From: Tubiluchus corallicola
Lineage: Eukaryota > Animalia > Priapulida
Length of the DNA stretch: 64,000 nucleotides
Reading direction: 5' to 3'
Assembly (NCBI GenBank): GCA_030141605.1
Contig: JAQGDQ010000201.1
Location: 186,001-250,000, forward strand
Part shown: positions 1 through 14,085 of the stretch, in pieces
Position numbering within the stretch: position 1 is the first letter of the stretch
Layout: each line of letters starts with the position of its first letter
The notes under the pieces: model-generated
What the model was told of the DNA's origin: nothing
The model's database searches: none
The model's input: the letters and a program-made list of their open reading frames with translations, nothing else
Made by a program: the position numbers and the translations under genes

Positions 1-925
1 GTACGGAAATTTATAAAACTTCGTGGTCACTCATTAGTGCCACTGACATTCCACTTACAGGATACACCAACAGCAGGAAAGGTATCTAAGCTCCCATTAC
101 CAATGCATACCTTGGCATGGACCCAGTGTCTATGGTAATCTATAATTATGGCCAACAAACGGTGAAGAACCTACTGCAGTTACAGTAGTTTCCAAGCACA
201 CGAAAAGTGCACTGGAAGATATACCATGCTTATAATTAGTTTAACAATAACTGGGTAACTAGCCACTGTTTGCTTTATCATAATTCTTCATTCACTTGAA
301 AGTTACATCATACATTCAAAAAAGCTGTATGACAAGGAGCCTGTATAGTAATAAACATTTGTTATCAAAGTGCGTATGTATGTGTGGGTATATTGCACAA
401 GTAGCCAAAAAAACAGCAGAGTCATGGACTGTATTAAATTGGCATAAATGTTGAGTGTAAAACTGGTTATCAAATGATATTTTTAGATGCTTATGTATCA
501 TTTTATGCTGCTGATTAGCACCATCTCAGATTTGAATGTGAGTGTGCAGTCAATTTGCTTTCCTTTCTGTTAGGGTGAGCAGTAAGCTGTTTTTAAGAAG
601 CTTTGCTTGAAAATGCAAAAAAAAACCCTCAGTGCAAATTAGTACCATTCTACAATAGCAAAACTGTATAGCTGACTTCGCTGTAGTAGAACCCAGTGAT
701 GTCATATAATAATTTTTAATGCTGTAGCTTCTTGAAACATATTTGAAACATGCGTAATGCCACACTGATAACAGCTAAATTTAAACATTTTTTCAGCTGA
801 AATGATAGTATTAAAACTTCAAAGAGACAAGCTAATAAGATAACTAGGCAATTTTTGTGCGGAAGTAATTTATCCTGGAGTAATTAAATACTGACAATAA
901 TATACAGACCATATTTTTTTGTCAG

Positions 926-3900
926 CCCAAATCAAAAGGCACCTGCAGTGCCGGAGCGACAGCTAACAAAGGCCGAAATTCAGGGTAAAACAGAAGACGA
1001 GATAGAGATGATGAAATTAATGGGATTTTCTGGATTTGAAACAACAAAGGTAGGTAGTTTAAGATGTGTTTCTCATTTCTAAGCCTAATATTTGTGAAAG
1101 GTTTCTCTATTCTGCAACATGAGTTGCACCACTGGTTATACTAGTTCATCATTACTTATCATCATCAATCAGATTATTCTATTTTGTATGCTATTTACGT
1201 AAACAGTTTGGGTGGCCCATGCGTTTTGTGGCATTTTTGCCATGTATGGGTCTCCCAGCCCAAATCAGTATGTAAATTATAAATGAAATATAATATTTCA
1301 TAATTGTGATGTGAGTCGCATAAAAATTAAAAAAAAAGTTAAAGTTACGGTTTCCAAGTACATAGTAGTATGAAATTCTTATATGTACAGCAATATTAGC
1401 AGATTCCTTAGTTGCAGTTTCGCTGTATCATGAAAAGCTAAAAATAAAAAAAATAAATGAGTGATTCATATGCCAGACCCACAGATTCCATTGCATTTCA
1501 GGGCTACTATGGAAGGTGAAACAAGGTATCACGTGAACCTTAAATAATCACGTCTTAATTGGATGATCAATCCTCTCATTTTAATGATGATCTTCTCTTC
1601 TTCTTGGTCATGAACAAATAAAATAATTCAGCCTTATTTTCTTGACCTGACATACATGAAAACATAGAAGTTTATCCTCCTGTGCAGAGACATGGAATAA
1701 TAATGGCTGTGTGCTTGAGCTGAAATGTGTGAAACTGTCAAAGTCCATCTTCAATAAAAGAAACACATGAAATTATTAAGACTCATGTGTTAAATAGATA
1801 AGCATAAAATGATTAAAGTTCATTTTTTGAGGCGGACATAGTTAAATAGTTAAATTTCCAAATAATTTTGACATGATTCTTATTAACAATAATTGGAACA
1901 ATAAACAAAAATCCTATAAAAAGAGTTAAAAAGCGTGGTGCTCCGCTACTCGGGTCAGCATTGAATCTTTGAATGAAGTTTTTTAATTCAGATTCTATTC
2001 AAACCTAAAATTATGGATTCATTTAATTCACCATTTCAACTGCATAACGTCTTTGTCATTAAAATGTTTGAAACAGCATGCAATCAGCACGTTTTAGCTG
2101 CAATTCCTACGCTCAATCTTTAAACAAATTATTAGTGTTTTTACAAAATCAAGCAATGTGCATGTTCTTTGCAAGAAAGCCTTTGTTTAGTGATTCAATA
2201 ATCCTTAAAACTGAATTAGAATTCGATTCTGGTTTGAAATATCGAAATTCAGTTCGATTCGCATTTGAAAGAAAAATCGATTCAATTCAAATTCTGTTTC
2301 TGATAGAGAATGGTCACCCCTATTTGTTGGTGATTTTTTGTTTATTTCTCTCATGGCTTGTATTATAAATAAAAAAGTAAATTTATTGTGATTTATTTTG
2401 TCATATAATTTTTTTACTCACGTATTTTTAATCTAAAATTAGTCTGCAATGTTGGACTGAAGAAACATTGTGTTTTTTCATTTCTGTATGAGGGAGTTTT
2501 TTCATTTATACTTTTAGAGCTCATGTTGTTGAGCAGCAACTTGATGCTTGCATCCTGTCCTTTATGACCTGTCAATCTGCCATGAAAGTATAGCTTTTAG
2601 ATGTTGGAAGAGCACATGTGGCAATCAGCATCTTTATTGTGCTATATAGTATATTATGTCTTTTTGAATGGAACAACTAATGCCTGTCTCATTACGTGTG
2701 ATTAAATATTTAACTCTACGGTTACTGACAATAATTAATTTTTTATATTAGTAGCTTTGTTTGTAGTGGTAAACAAAATCGTGGCACATGCAATAATTTC
2801 TTCGATGCTAACAAGAAAACCCTTAACACACATAAAGCTAAAAAAATTAATCTTGAAATTTTGTGCTGTCTACTGCCCACATACTGCCTTATTGCGCATA
2901 GAACTCGTATTAACAGCAACGCTATATAAAATTTGAAAATTTAAGCTCCCGCGATGGCTGTTAGGCGCAGCCATTTTGACGGTAGGTTGTTTGAAACAAG
3001 TTATTTAACATTGCCTAAAGTTTGAAAAATTAAACAGAGCATTTGTAGCACACTCTTCACTAACTAAGCAAAAATTTGAATTACCCACTTTATATTAATA
3101 ATTTTATGATCAATAATGTGTCTTTTTGGTAAATCAGTGGTGCACCCTTGGATGCTGATACAGTGCTGTTTTACCAGATGGCAAAAGCATTTTAAATTTT
3201 AAAAATTTTCTTTTCCATTTATGTAAGTCTTTTAAACAGGTGTGTAATGGTACATAATCTAAGTTTGTACGGAAAGTTATTTGGGACACTCTTCAAAATT
3301 CCCCTTTTCCCCTTTAACTATTTTCATCAATGCAGTCATGCTTCTAAAACTTTCCATATTGCTAATAAAGTTACAAATTTTATTTTAACCCTAGCATTTG
3401 GCACCTATGTTATGTCTTGTCAATAAGATTAAAAATACTTTTTTGGTGAGCCAGTGATGCACATTGGGAATTTTACCAGTCGAGGCAAACATTTTAAATT
3501 ACCTTTTCTTTTGTGGTTACTTCAGTCTTTCAAGCAGTTAAGCATGATGCTAAGTAATATAACCTTTGTGGAGTTTTTAGGACGTACTTTAAAATTTCTT
3601 CCCCTTTAGGTATTTTGTGAATGATGTGCAAAGTAAAGCAGCTCTTTATACATATAAAACTGGCACTGGCAATATTTTCTAGCAATTATTGTTTAATACT
3701 TTATTTTCAGAACAAAAAGGTTGATGGAAATGATGTATACGCTGCGAACATCGTTCAAAAGCGAAAGTACAGGTATGTTCTAAGTAGCCATTAAAATCTT
3801 TATTCTTTCCCATCATTGCAACACTCATACACTTGCAGCTTCACATTTGTTTCTTCTGTATTAAATTATTTAGTTTAACATCAGTGTAACAGTATTTTTA

Positions 3901-4221
3901 ATTGAAATCCAAATGTTTGTGTGACACAAAGGATACAGAAAGTAGTTATCCTGTAAGACTACAATTAATGCAAGAGAATGATTGAGTAAAAATACATTTA
4001 AGAGTAGTTTTTCAGATTGAATTAATGTCATGTATACATCAACAAAAAGTACCATGTCACTTTGCAAATTTAAAATTTGAACGAACTAAAAAAAACTGGA
4101 AATCTTTCTCTCAGGGTAGAAAAATTAGCATAGATCGATAATACTAATTCTGCCTTATTATTGCAGGCAATATATGAACAGAAAAGGAGGATTCAACCGA
4201 CCCCTGGATTTTGTGGCGTGA
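926..4221 (+). CDS. SNRNP27: U4/U6.U5 tri-snRNP 27 kDa protein, last three coding exons (5' end outside window)
   Basis: Exons 926-1049, 3711-3772 and 4167-4221, all with GT-AG boundaries, splice to ...[60 protein letters not shown], the highly conserved SNRNP27 C-terminus. Confidence 0.95.
1950..2322. mobile_element. hAT-like MITE remnant with attcga/gaatc subterminal repeats
   Basis: Right end reads ...gtcaccccta (TAGGGGTG-type terminus), with clustered gattc/attcg motifs at both ends. A related fragment lies at about 9830-9897. Confidence 0.45.
3124..3625. repeat. Diverged two-copy duplication (spacing about 317 bp) in a SNRNP27 intron
   Basis: ttttggt..cagtg.tgcac...ttttaccag...cattttaaatt...aaaatt..ccccttt occurs at 3124 and again at 3441. 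Confidence 0.65.
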
Positions 4222-6717
4222 CATTGCACGTCTCTGACAGTTCTAATCTTCGGATTCATTTTTGTAAGATCTACAATTACATTTAATTTTTGTCAGAATA
4301 TTAAAATGAGAAACAGTCAACAGTACACAGTAAGTTGTGCAAAACATTATGCTGTGCTATTAAAACTTTTGTATATTGTGTATATAATGTGTAAATATAA
4401 CATATAACTGTGAAACCTTCCTAAGAATGTGTATTTCAGTTTTGAAATGTACTGCTTTTGAAAATAGTACAGTACTGCAATGCTATCCCATCATACAGAA
4501 TTAATCAGAATCAGTATTCTTCGAAGTAACTGTACTAAATCACACAGATATTGTTAAAGGTAACAAACGTACAAATGCAAATCAAAGCAAACGTGTTGAA
4601 TGTGAATGCAGAACCTTGGCAGTCTACTGTTGACTGATGTAATAGATTAGTGCAATGTACTAATGTTATCAAATCAGAGCTTTAATATTTTAAAAACTCA
4701 GATTTAGGTGTTTTCATCATTATTTTTCTTTTTTGCAAACTCTGTATCTATTGGTGATCTGACACCTTTGTACATTATGCTTATTGTTTTGATTTATGTA
4801 TAAAGAGCAATGGTAGCATCAGCAATTATAAATTACTAAAAGTGCTGTGACACATTGCAATTAAGCTTTTTTTCTGCAAGTCCAGACTTTTTCTGACATA
4901 TAGCAGAGACAGCAATTAAATTTTTGCACAACAGACAACACACAATAATGTCATGCACATAACATTAAAAATCAGAGCATTACTAAAATTCCTTTGGATT
5001 TATGTTGCAAGTATTAACACTGAGAACTGAAAGTAACATTGTATATAACACTGTTTTCATTTTTACCTTGCATCTAGAATGTATGCACTTTTTAATTCTC
5101 AAATTTTCTGTTATTCCTGTGTGAGGAAGCAGTCTTTGCAAAGGATGAGTAGGTAACTGATATTTATCAGCATAATTTTTTACACTAACTGCTAACTATT
5201 TGATGTTGTTTTTATCTGAGTGATTTCATAAATTTGTATTACCTGTAATTGTGAACTTTTGCACAGTTCCTCATCTCTGTTACTTAAAAAACTGTTAGTG
5301 TTATTAGTGCATTGAACAGCATATTAAGTTCCTTCAGTTTGTAAATGATAAGATCTACAAATGTGTTTTAGTATTTATGATTCTTCATAGTGTCATTGCT
5401 ACTTCTGTTTTTTAGTAGTTTCGTCCAAACTTCGGAATGCTGTTATTCTTTTTTAATGTATGTTTTCGAAATTGTAACTTGAAACTTTGTTATTGGATAT
5501 ACCAAGCCTAGGGTGTAATGCAGTAAGAATTATAAGATCTTTAGTTGTGATTAGCTTAAATCGCATCTCCATTTTCCAAAAGTAAAAATTTTAATTTGTT
5601 CTGGTGGCTTATGTAATATAACTGAATTTGTAAATTCCAAATTTATAATTACTTAAATTATTTGTATTTTCAAAAATTAACTTAATCACATCATTGTAAT
5701 CATTATTTAGCTTAATAGATTTTGAATACAACATACTCAGTTGTATTCTAAGCAGTTTTCTACAAAGAAACTGTAAAACATTTAATTTCTATTTATGACC
5801 TTTATGTTTTTTTGCAGACAAGTGTAAACATTTTTCTCATTTGTAGACAGTGCTGGGTCGGGCTCTTAAAACCTGCAAGTTGAGAACTTAAATAATGAGC
5901 AGTTTAAAATAGCATTGATCAGTGATAATCTTTTTTCAAATTAGCTAGCAGTGAACAATATCATTAATTACATATTACATGTGAATGACAGAATGTTTGT
6001 AAACCATTGCAGTTTATTTCACAACAGTTTTTACTATTGTGGGTATTGCACTGAAGAAAGAAAAGAGATACCGAAAAATTGTGAACAAGTCGGGATTTGA
6101 ACCCGAGAGACCTGGGATTAATACTCCCGTGCTTTTCTTTCTTTATAATTGTTGTGAAATAAACCACAGTGGTTTATGAACATTCTGGCATTTGCAGTCA
6201 TAATCTAATTATAATAAGCTATTTTGAATTTGTAAGCTTTGTGGGAAACATTTACCTCCTAATTTTACATTAAACTTAGAATGTTTCATTTATGAAGGGA
6301 GAAGCTTTCACTCTGACTTTTGAATTTTTACCAGTAGTTAATTTGCAAATTAGCTTTAATTTGGATTGAAGTACTTAGTACAATTTTTGAAAAGTTGTGT
6401 TATGTTACAAGATACTTTCTTTGCATTTGATTGGTTCGTTTGTTTTGTTGATTGTCGAGCTTCTGTTTAGCCTGTGAGTCACTTCAACAGCCTTTGTACA
6501 TTTGTATTTGAGTGACAACTGCTGGTACCATTAGTGATAGACTAATATGTAAGTTTGTACTAATGTAACGTTTTTCAAAAAAAGAGATGAATATGTTATA
6601 GCTGAATACATTGTAAGATTAGTTTATCTTAATAATTAATATGCTTACTTGAATTTATACTTGTATTTGTTTATTTTTTGTCTTGCCTCATTCTGACATG
6701 TATATAAATCGTATTTT

Positions 6718-9700
6718 CTATAATTTATTTACAAAAACTTGATCAGGTTGTATGTCCTCTAAACCACCCATGAAACTCTGCCACTTATCAATATCTAATT
6801 GAAGGTTATCAAACACTGGTCCAGCCAACAGCTCATATTCGAAATCTAAATTATTATCATCAACGGATACACCACGGCCACATCGACAGGAGCGAAATAT
6901 TCTATTGTGTAGACTTCTGTAATCTACAGGCTTCAGATTGGTAAGTATGTTGCCATGTTTTGAGCAGCAGGAACACGTTGCTGAGCAAGAATTTTCCAGT
7001 ACAGTTTCGGGTATGGCAGCAAGCGGAATGGCAAATGGGCAAGGAGAGGCACCCGGAGAATCTTCTTTGCAGAGTGTACAAGCACCGACGCCTATTTCAT
7101 GCCACGAACAGCACCTTTTGGGAACCACCTTGAAAAACTTACTCATTTCCTCATCTGATTCTGTATCTGACCGTTCGTAATGGAATTTATTTTTTATGCT
7201 GCAAAAGTTTCGTAATTCGCACATGGGTATTACGTTGCCAGTAACATCACTGGAATGAAATTGTGGTTTATTCTGTGACAATGTGTCACCAGTTTTGCAT
7301 GCAACATTGCCTTGTAACTGCTGTTTTTCATCGGTATCTGACACTTCGTTTTTTACAACTGCCTCCAGTAGTTTCTGGTCACGTTCTTTATTATTGCTGT
7401 CAACAAAGAAATTGTTTATTGTTGTCGTTTTCAAACAAAGTTTGGATGATATTTCATCAAGTGGTATGTACTCTGGTTTGTTTTCTGTTTTAGGAAAAGT
7501 TCTTTCATTCCTGTCTGGTTTAGTTTCCATCATAGGTTTTGTAAGACTTTGTGAATAGTTGTGGTTGCCGCCATTGTCTTTAACAGTGTTTGGCACAGCA
7601 ATTACATGACTGGCATTAGAGACCTGTTGAATCACAACTTTATTTTTCAGCATCACTGAGTCTTGGCATGATTCAGGTATGGCCCGCTGCCTGTGGAGTA
7701 TAGCCAATGGTCTCCCTGGTGTTCCAATCCTGTTTATCTTAGTCATCGATTGGGTAGCATCAGAGGTATGGCATTCCTGACTGGTTGATGTTGTTAGCAC
7801 ATTGAAATGAGTATTTCCAATTTGGGAAGCTGCAAGCGATATGCAAATATATAGTGATATTACCGAATTGTGACTGTCAGTATATCCTTCCTTCCAGTAC
7901 AAGTTAATCAACAAAAGTTATTCATTATCATTATGTAACCTCATGGTTATTTTAGTGTTAGTTTAATCTTCATAATGTCTCAGTGGGCTGATGGATTAGT
8001 TTAGTTGCCAATGATCGAATTTTGCAGTCACTGATTTTGACAAATTAGACACCTGAGGTTAGAACGCAAAATGCTGAATCTAACAGGGGAAGTAACAGTG
8101 CTACATTTATTGAAATCTGTTTAATAATCTGTAAAATTATAGGCAGTTAAAGTAGGTTGACGTCATGTGTGGAGACATAATTTGTATGGTGCACGGCAAA
8201 AATGGCACTGATAAAAAGGGCACAAATAAAAAAATGGCTCACTTATAAAATCTGTGTTTTTTGCGATTGGGTTTCTCTAGGGGATAATTATTTTAGTCAT
8301 TTTTACCGCTGCCAATGCAGTTGTTTCAGCACTGTTTGTTTGTTTGGTTGTTTTGTGTCAGTTATAAGCTTATTACGCAAAAACTACTTAACAGATTTCC
8401 ACATTTCTATGTGGAGAAGGTAGACAGAGAAGAAGAAAGACGTTTGGTGCAGATTCCTGCTCGGGGGAGGAGGTGAAAACTGGCAAACTGGGGCTTTTTG
8501 CCCGTTCTTTTTTCACAAAGTGACCAAAATGTACGTACAAATACATTCGTGAAGCACTTCATGAAGGTCTCGGAGTTTATGTTAAGGCTCTTTGGAAGGG
8601 GACTTAGCTACAATATAGGGTACTTCTTTGTTATTATTTCCACTAGAACAAACAGATATGAGTTAGTTCCTGGTACCGTTTCGAGGAATTCTTGCTTGAA
8701 AAACTGTGTAACGCTGAGGAAAGCTGTATAAACCTTTGCTTATACGTGAATACAGCCTTATAAAATGCCTTAGTGTGTAAACACGTTTATTCGTCAGTCT
8801 AATACTCGCCAAATCGTTAAAGAAATGTAGACAAATACTATGTGGAATGTTCGTACATTACTGACTATAACTCTATTTCATGAACAAAATATTTTGAGTC
8901 TTGCCAGTCTATATAATACCAATACATGAATGTTTTTTGTTTTACTTTGTTTTATATTTTCTAAACCAAAAGAATCAGACAAATACGTTTCGGATTTTTC
9001 GATATTTCCAGATGTCTGCTTCCTACTGAGCATATTCTAGATTTATTATAGAAATAATTTGCTTCAAAATAAACATTTCTTCAGACTTTTCTATTTGTAC
9101 CATTTTTCCTGTGCCATTTTTACTATATTCTTTTATACTTTTTTTGCACCTACCATTAGTCTTCTGGGTTATAGTTTCTGCATTGTCCACTATAGTCAGC
9201 CATTTTGGCACCTGAGACTCTTGTGATACAGTGCTGCTCGGTTCGTAACTATGGCCAAAACCAAACTGTCGCCAGAGCGTCCTATCCGCAAACGGTTCTG
9301 TATAACGTCTTTTCTTTGCCGGCCTTGGTTGATACACCCAGTCTGTGAAAGCATGATAATCATTACGTTACGGTGAGTGAATAATGTGGTAGCAACTAGA
9401 TTTCTCCTACGGACACCAAAAACCTATTAGTATCAGTAGCAATACCTATGACAGCAGCAGCAATAATAGCAATCAACAGTCAAATTTAGGAAAAGGGTGG
9501 CTCTGAAAAATTCCTCGTCAATCAGGAATTGAACCCAGAACTTTATGATTTCAACCACTTGCACTTCAGCCGTTTGAGCTTCGACACGCATGGCCAATTA
9601 AAGCAGGTCTGAATTCTCATACATGTACCAGTCAGTATGCAATCAGTAGAGCCAAGTATCCATAGCAAAGAGAAACTAAGTAATTAGTAAGCTATAATTA

Positions 9701-12700
9701 ATTGAAGGCAGGAAAAAGCAAACTCCAGACAGCACCAGACCATAAAATACAAACAACCAACAGTCAGGAAGAAGGACGGCTTGTAAAATGTAAGTCAACC
9801 AAGAACGTGGGTAATTGAAGTGCTAAATTATTTGAATCTGTAATTTTATGTTCGAATCGAATTCGAACTCGAACGTTCGATGCTCATTCCCAGCACCAAG
9901 TCTTCCTCCTACTTCATAAAATTAATAATTACAGAGTAAGTCAGATTTAAGTTGTCACGTGTACCTGGGTATTTATTCTTGTGTTCATCTTTTATCTTCT
10001 GAGCTTCTTCGTAAAATGGTCGCTTCTCGTATTCTGTCATTTCGTTCCAGGCTTGTCCAAGTCTTACACTAATCTACCAACATAAATAATTTATTTACAG
10101 TATTTATTGTTTATTACAGTACAATAGTGTTTATTTCGTGCAAACATAATTTATTATTGGAGAAATAACCGGCTGATGCTTAACTGTTCTTACAGGACGT
10201 CAGCACAAATCCAGATAATAAACTCACAGGTAAAAAAGCTGCAAGTAAAAAAGCAAGAAAACAAGAAATAACCTTAACCCTGACTCTAATCCTAAAACAT
10301 TGAACAAAACATGACTTTTTTCACATACATGTAATATCGTCATGTATAAATAATTGTTGTCAATATGTACATGAATAGCCAGTTAATAACTGATTAAAAA
10401 TATTTTCTTTTTTATTACTTTAATTGTTTATGGTAGTTAGATACATTGTGACTGACTTGAATATTTTTGTTTGATTACCTGACCCTCTTTCTTAGCCAAA
10501 TTTGTGATTTTTTTCCTGCCACCATAAATTAATTGAGACTTTTCTATGACACGATAGGTTGTTTAAGATCGTTAACAAAGGTATTTGTGTAAAGTTCTTT
10601 AATAAGTTTATTTACCTCCGCGTTGTTGGCATTTGGAAATTCGGCTGCAAGTTTAGGTCTATGTGAACGTGCCCACACCATAAAGGCGTTCATGGGACGC
10701 TTGATGTGCCCGTGTTTATTCCTTTCTTCGCTCCCCGCTTGAACAATGTCGCTTTCTGAAACGAAAATGCCAAAATTTAAAGTAAGAAATAGTGAATTTT
10801 CACGTTACGTCTTTAAATCTTTTAATCTCGCCGCACAGTCTATGATTCATTCCTTTTAGTTGCTTGCTTTGCTTGCTTACTTTTCTATACGTTGAAAATG
10901 AAAAACAGTAATATTAAAAAGATAGAACGAAATAGATTAGAATAGAAAAAAACAGAATAGGAGAAGAAGAGGAAGGAAACTATAAGAGGAGGGGGAAAGC
11001 AAGGGAGGGGAAGAGAAGAGTAAAAAAGAACAGCTGTAGCGGCTGCTTTTACTGATGTCGTGCTGACTCCCAGTTTAGTGACGACTGTCACACATGATAC
11101 TCACATGGTACATCTGCTTTTGCAATCCAATTTTCATTTACTGTTTCAACTGCTGCTAGTGCATATTAGAAGTGACTTTTTGAAATGTGGATCGTCAGTT
11201 TGTAAGTTAAACTCCTTGTTTCCAATACAGTGTACCGTCGATGTAGTTAGATGTAAGTTGCACACCTATAGACTGATTGTAACTAGTTAGTAGATAGGAA
11301 GTAGGAAAGTAGGTAGGCAGGTAGGTAGGCAAGCAGGTAGACAGGTAGCAAGATAAACACACAATTATAAAACAGGTGATAGGCTAATAGAGAGATGTAG
11401 ACAGACAGATAAGGTAGGTATGCTGGCAGGTGGATAGGTTTGGTAAGTAGGTAGATAGGACAGTATGCTGGCAGATGGGTTGGTTTGGTAAGAGAGGACT
11501 CGGTGGCAGTGTCCCTGCAAAATTGAGCTGCAGCAACTTGTGCTCCGTAAAGTACCTACTGCGTGTGCAGTGACACGCACTGCCCAAATGTCCTGTACCC
11601 AAGTGCCACCACACGTGTGTGTACTCCCTAGTGCCTACTGTCCACTACCCAAACGTCCACTGCTCAATTGCCACTTCTCATGTATATACTGCTCAACTGT
11701 TCCACTGCCCAAGTTGCCTTGAATGAAACAGTCTGCAAACAATTTTTTCTATGTTCTACTCCCATACGATACTTTATTTTTCAAACATGAAAAACGAGAA
11801 TGTTAGGCTAGTTAAAAAATATATCGCAGGAAGCAGTGATGCGATCACTAAAATCCAACGCGAGGGCAGGTATCGAGGGATAACGAGAAAAAAGAAAGAG
11901 GAAGAGGGAAAGAATAATGGGAATTATTTTACATAACAACATTCAGATTTTAGACACGTTTTATATCCTGTAAACTAGTAATCATTTGCTTGACATGCAA
12001 GCACCTGAGTTTGATTGGTACAATCTGCCGGCTTGGTTACTCGCACTTAACGCTTCAAGAATGTGTTTTGTGTGTTTAGGCTCTATCGTTACTTTTGTGA
12101 GCTCTTGTTGGATCTAAACATTATTTTTATAAGCACTTCTGTGTAAATATTATATATTATTATTAAGTATATTTCAACAATTATTTTCCAGGCTGTACGC
12201 CCCCGTCATTAGTTTTATGAATACTGCCTATAGGACTAATGGTTTATTGTCTGTAATCCTATACTTCCGCAGGACCTATCTTCTACTTTTTCATGCACAT
12301 CATCGTTGTCTCTGTACTGTTTTTCCTGTCATAAGCTATCACAGCTGACTTTACAAGAAAAAAACAAGAAAACTGATTTAAACTTTCGTCTGATTTGGAC
12401 GCTATTGGAATGCTTCACGATAGTATCAGTAGACTAGTTAGTCCCTAAATCACAATGTCCTCCAAATAATCACTCAAATTCACAATTGCCAAAATAGCCC
12501 GTTTCAATTTTCCTATGTCATGTGACGCAGCCTTATTCAGTAAAATTATCGCGGAAATGGAAATCGCATCCCTGGAGAGAGTTGCGGGATTTATAAAATT
12601 TCTCATCATCACACGTAAAAATATAATGCAAAAGACCTAAAATGCAATAAATGCTTCACGGTCATTAAAAAACAATAAAGCCTGATAAAAATGACTAAAA

Positions 12701-13837
12701 GAATAAGTTTCTGGCCAACTATATGATGAATCTTTTCTTTTCTTTGATGTACCGCTTGATTTGTTATTATATTGCTTAAATAAATTAATCTACTCTTTGG
12801 GCACTCTGAAGACCACGCTAGATATATTCATTACGACGAACGCTGTAATGAGCAAACGGTGCATTTTTCTAACGATCAGTAATATGCTAAGGTAGCGATT
12901 TTGCTTTGAAACTGTTACCGGCTGGTCCCACTGCAATTATTTGAATGTATGAAAGTTACATGCTTAACTGCTTGAAAAGCGGCTTCCTTCTGAAGGTCTT
13001 CCTTGTAAAGAACTCCGAAATTGAGCATGTTATTATATAGTGGTAAGCCACGTCTTTACATCATAATTGGTTTAGTTATTTTTTATATTGAAAATATCTG
13101 TGTCAAAGCAGTACGTGTGCCATTTTTACGTGCACTACATACAGTATATCGAGAAATCAAAATTTAAAAACATGCATTCCAAACAACCTACGCGTAGCAT
13201 CTGCTGAAATCAAGGTACGTTTCACTGCTTCGTACTCTTGGCCAGAATTTTTATTCAAGATTAGCGACGTCTGGTTTGCCGTACTGACAGTTTGCGTGGA
13301 ATACCCTAATATTGTTTCATGTTTCTTTAGGCCTATTCCCCCATTACCAGCAATCTGAATTACATGTGGACTTCGTGTGATAAGCGTACTGCATTGAGGC
13401 TTTGTGAGGTCGCAATCTTTATTAATAACGTTTGCCTTATTTGCAATCACATAAGCGTCTTTTAGTTGCACTGGTTTTAAGCAGTAAGTCTTTTGCTTGA
13501 CATTGTCGCCTGAGTTTCCATCAGTATGTACATTTCCACTTGGTATCAATTGATACTGTCGTACTTGACCCTCCTGTGTAGAATTGAGTTTGACGTACAC
13601 TTTTGAGGAATCTCCTACTTTGTGCTGTAAAACTGCGTCGCGCGTGTAATTTTCTTCTTTAACCGATTCCTTGGGAAATAAAGCGTCTCCTTTTTCGAAC
13701 CCTGTATTTGACTTTATCAGTTCAGTTTTTTTTAAGGTAACGTTCTGTTGTCCTGTTTCTGCTGACGATGAATTTCTAATAATAATGAAGGTACTTGCAT
13801 CGCTACACGCATTAGTCTTTTGCACGTTCGTCTCCAT
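6718..13837 (-). CDS. SOX30: SOX30/SoxH-like HMG-box transcription factor (~731 aa)
   Basis: Exons 13837-13192, 10755-10616, 10073-9965, 9342-9154 and 7829-6718 have consistent phases (2196 nt). HMG box: [80 protein letters not shown]. The WAR.HRP, NNAEISV and WVYQPRP motifs are characteristic of SOX30. The first and last exon joins are less certain than the HMG exons. Confidence 0.88.
8300..8470 (+). mobile_element. Helitron/Helentron-associated non-autonomous element remnant
   Basis: ttacc.c.gccaa...(gttt)n...ttacgcaaaaactact..cagattt layout resembles a common rolling-circle short-element family (recognised from memory). Confidence 0.4.
9517..9585 (-). mobile_element. tRNA-derived SINE head or tRNA pseudogene
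   Basis: Minus strand gtcgaagctcaaacggctgaagtgc...gggttcaattcctgattgac has A-box- and B-box-like motifs but a poor anticodon arm. A similar B-box remnant lies at about 6088-6110. Confidence 0.5.
11290..11722. repeat. Degenerate (GGTA/GGCA/GATA)n tract followed by ctgcccaa-type modular repeats
   Basis: Visible tetranucleotide tract at 11290-11490 and repeated (ca)ctgcccaa/ctacccaa/ctgctcaa units at 11578-11722. Confidence 0.6.
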
Positions 13838-14085
13838 TGAGGATGAAACACTGACTACTTTCAATTTCTGTCCTGTTTCTTTTTGCCTAATTTGTTAAAC
13901 TCGTTTATTCACGTCAATTTATTATTGCCATCACAGGTTAGAACATTTGTCGTTCAGCACAGCTTTTTGTTTCTGGAAAGTTATGGAAACGGTGACATAA
14001 CAATGAGACAATTGCCACGCGGTGCCTTTGTTCTTACGTTTGTTTAAACGAAACGCTTGCATTTGACGATATCAGCAGAATAAGA
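13838..14085. promoter_or_regulatory. Putative bidirectional promoter between the Sox30-like and DOMON genes
   Basis: Only 248 bp separate the two divergent ATGs. SOX-type motifs AACAATG (13999-14005) and CTTTGTT (14026-14032) are present. Confidence 0.5.

Noticed and set aside
9517-9585. Functional tRNA gene
   Set aside because: The anticodon arm and acceptor stem are degenerate; better explained as a SINE head or pseudogene.
11100-11265. Possible additional Sox30 exon with plausible acceptor and donor
   Set aside because: Stop codons in all three minus-strand frames before the donor, and the flanking exons already join in phase.
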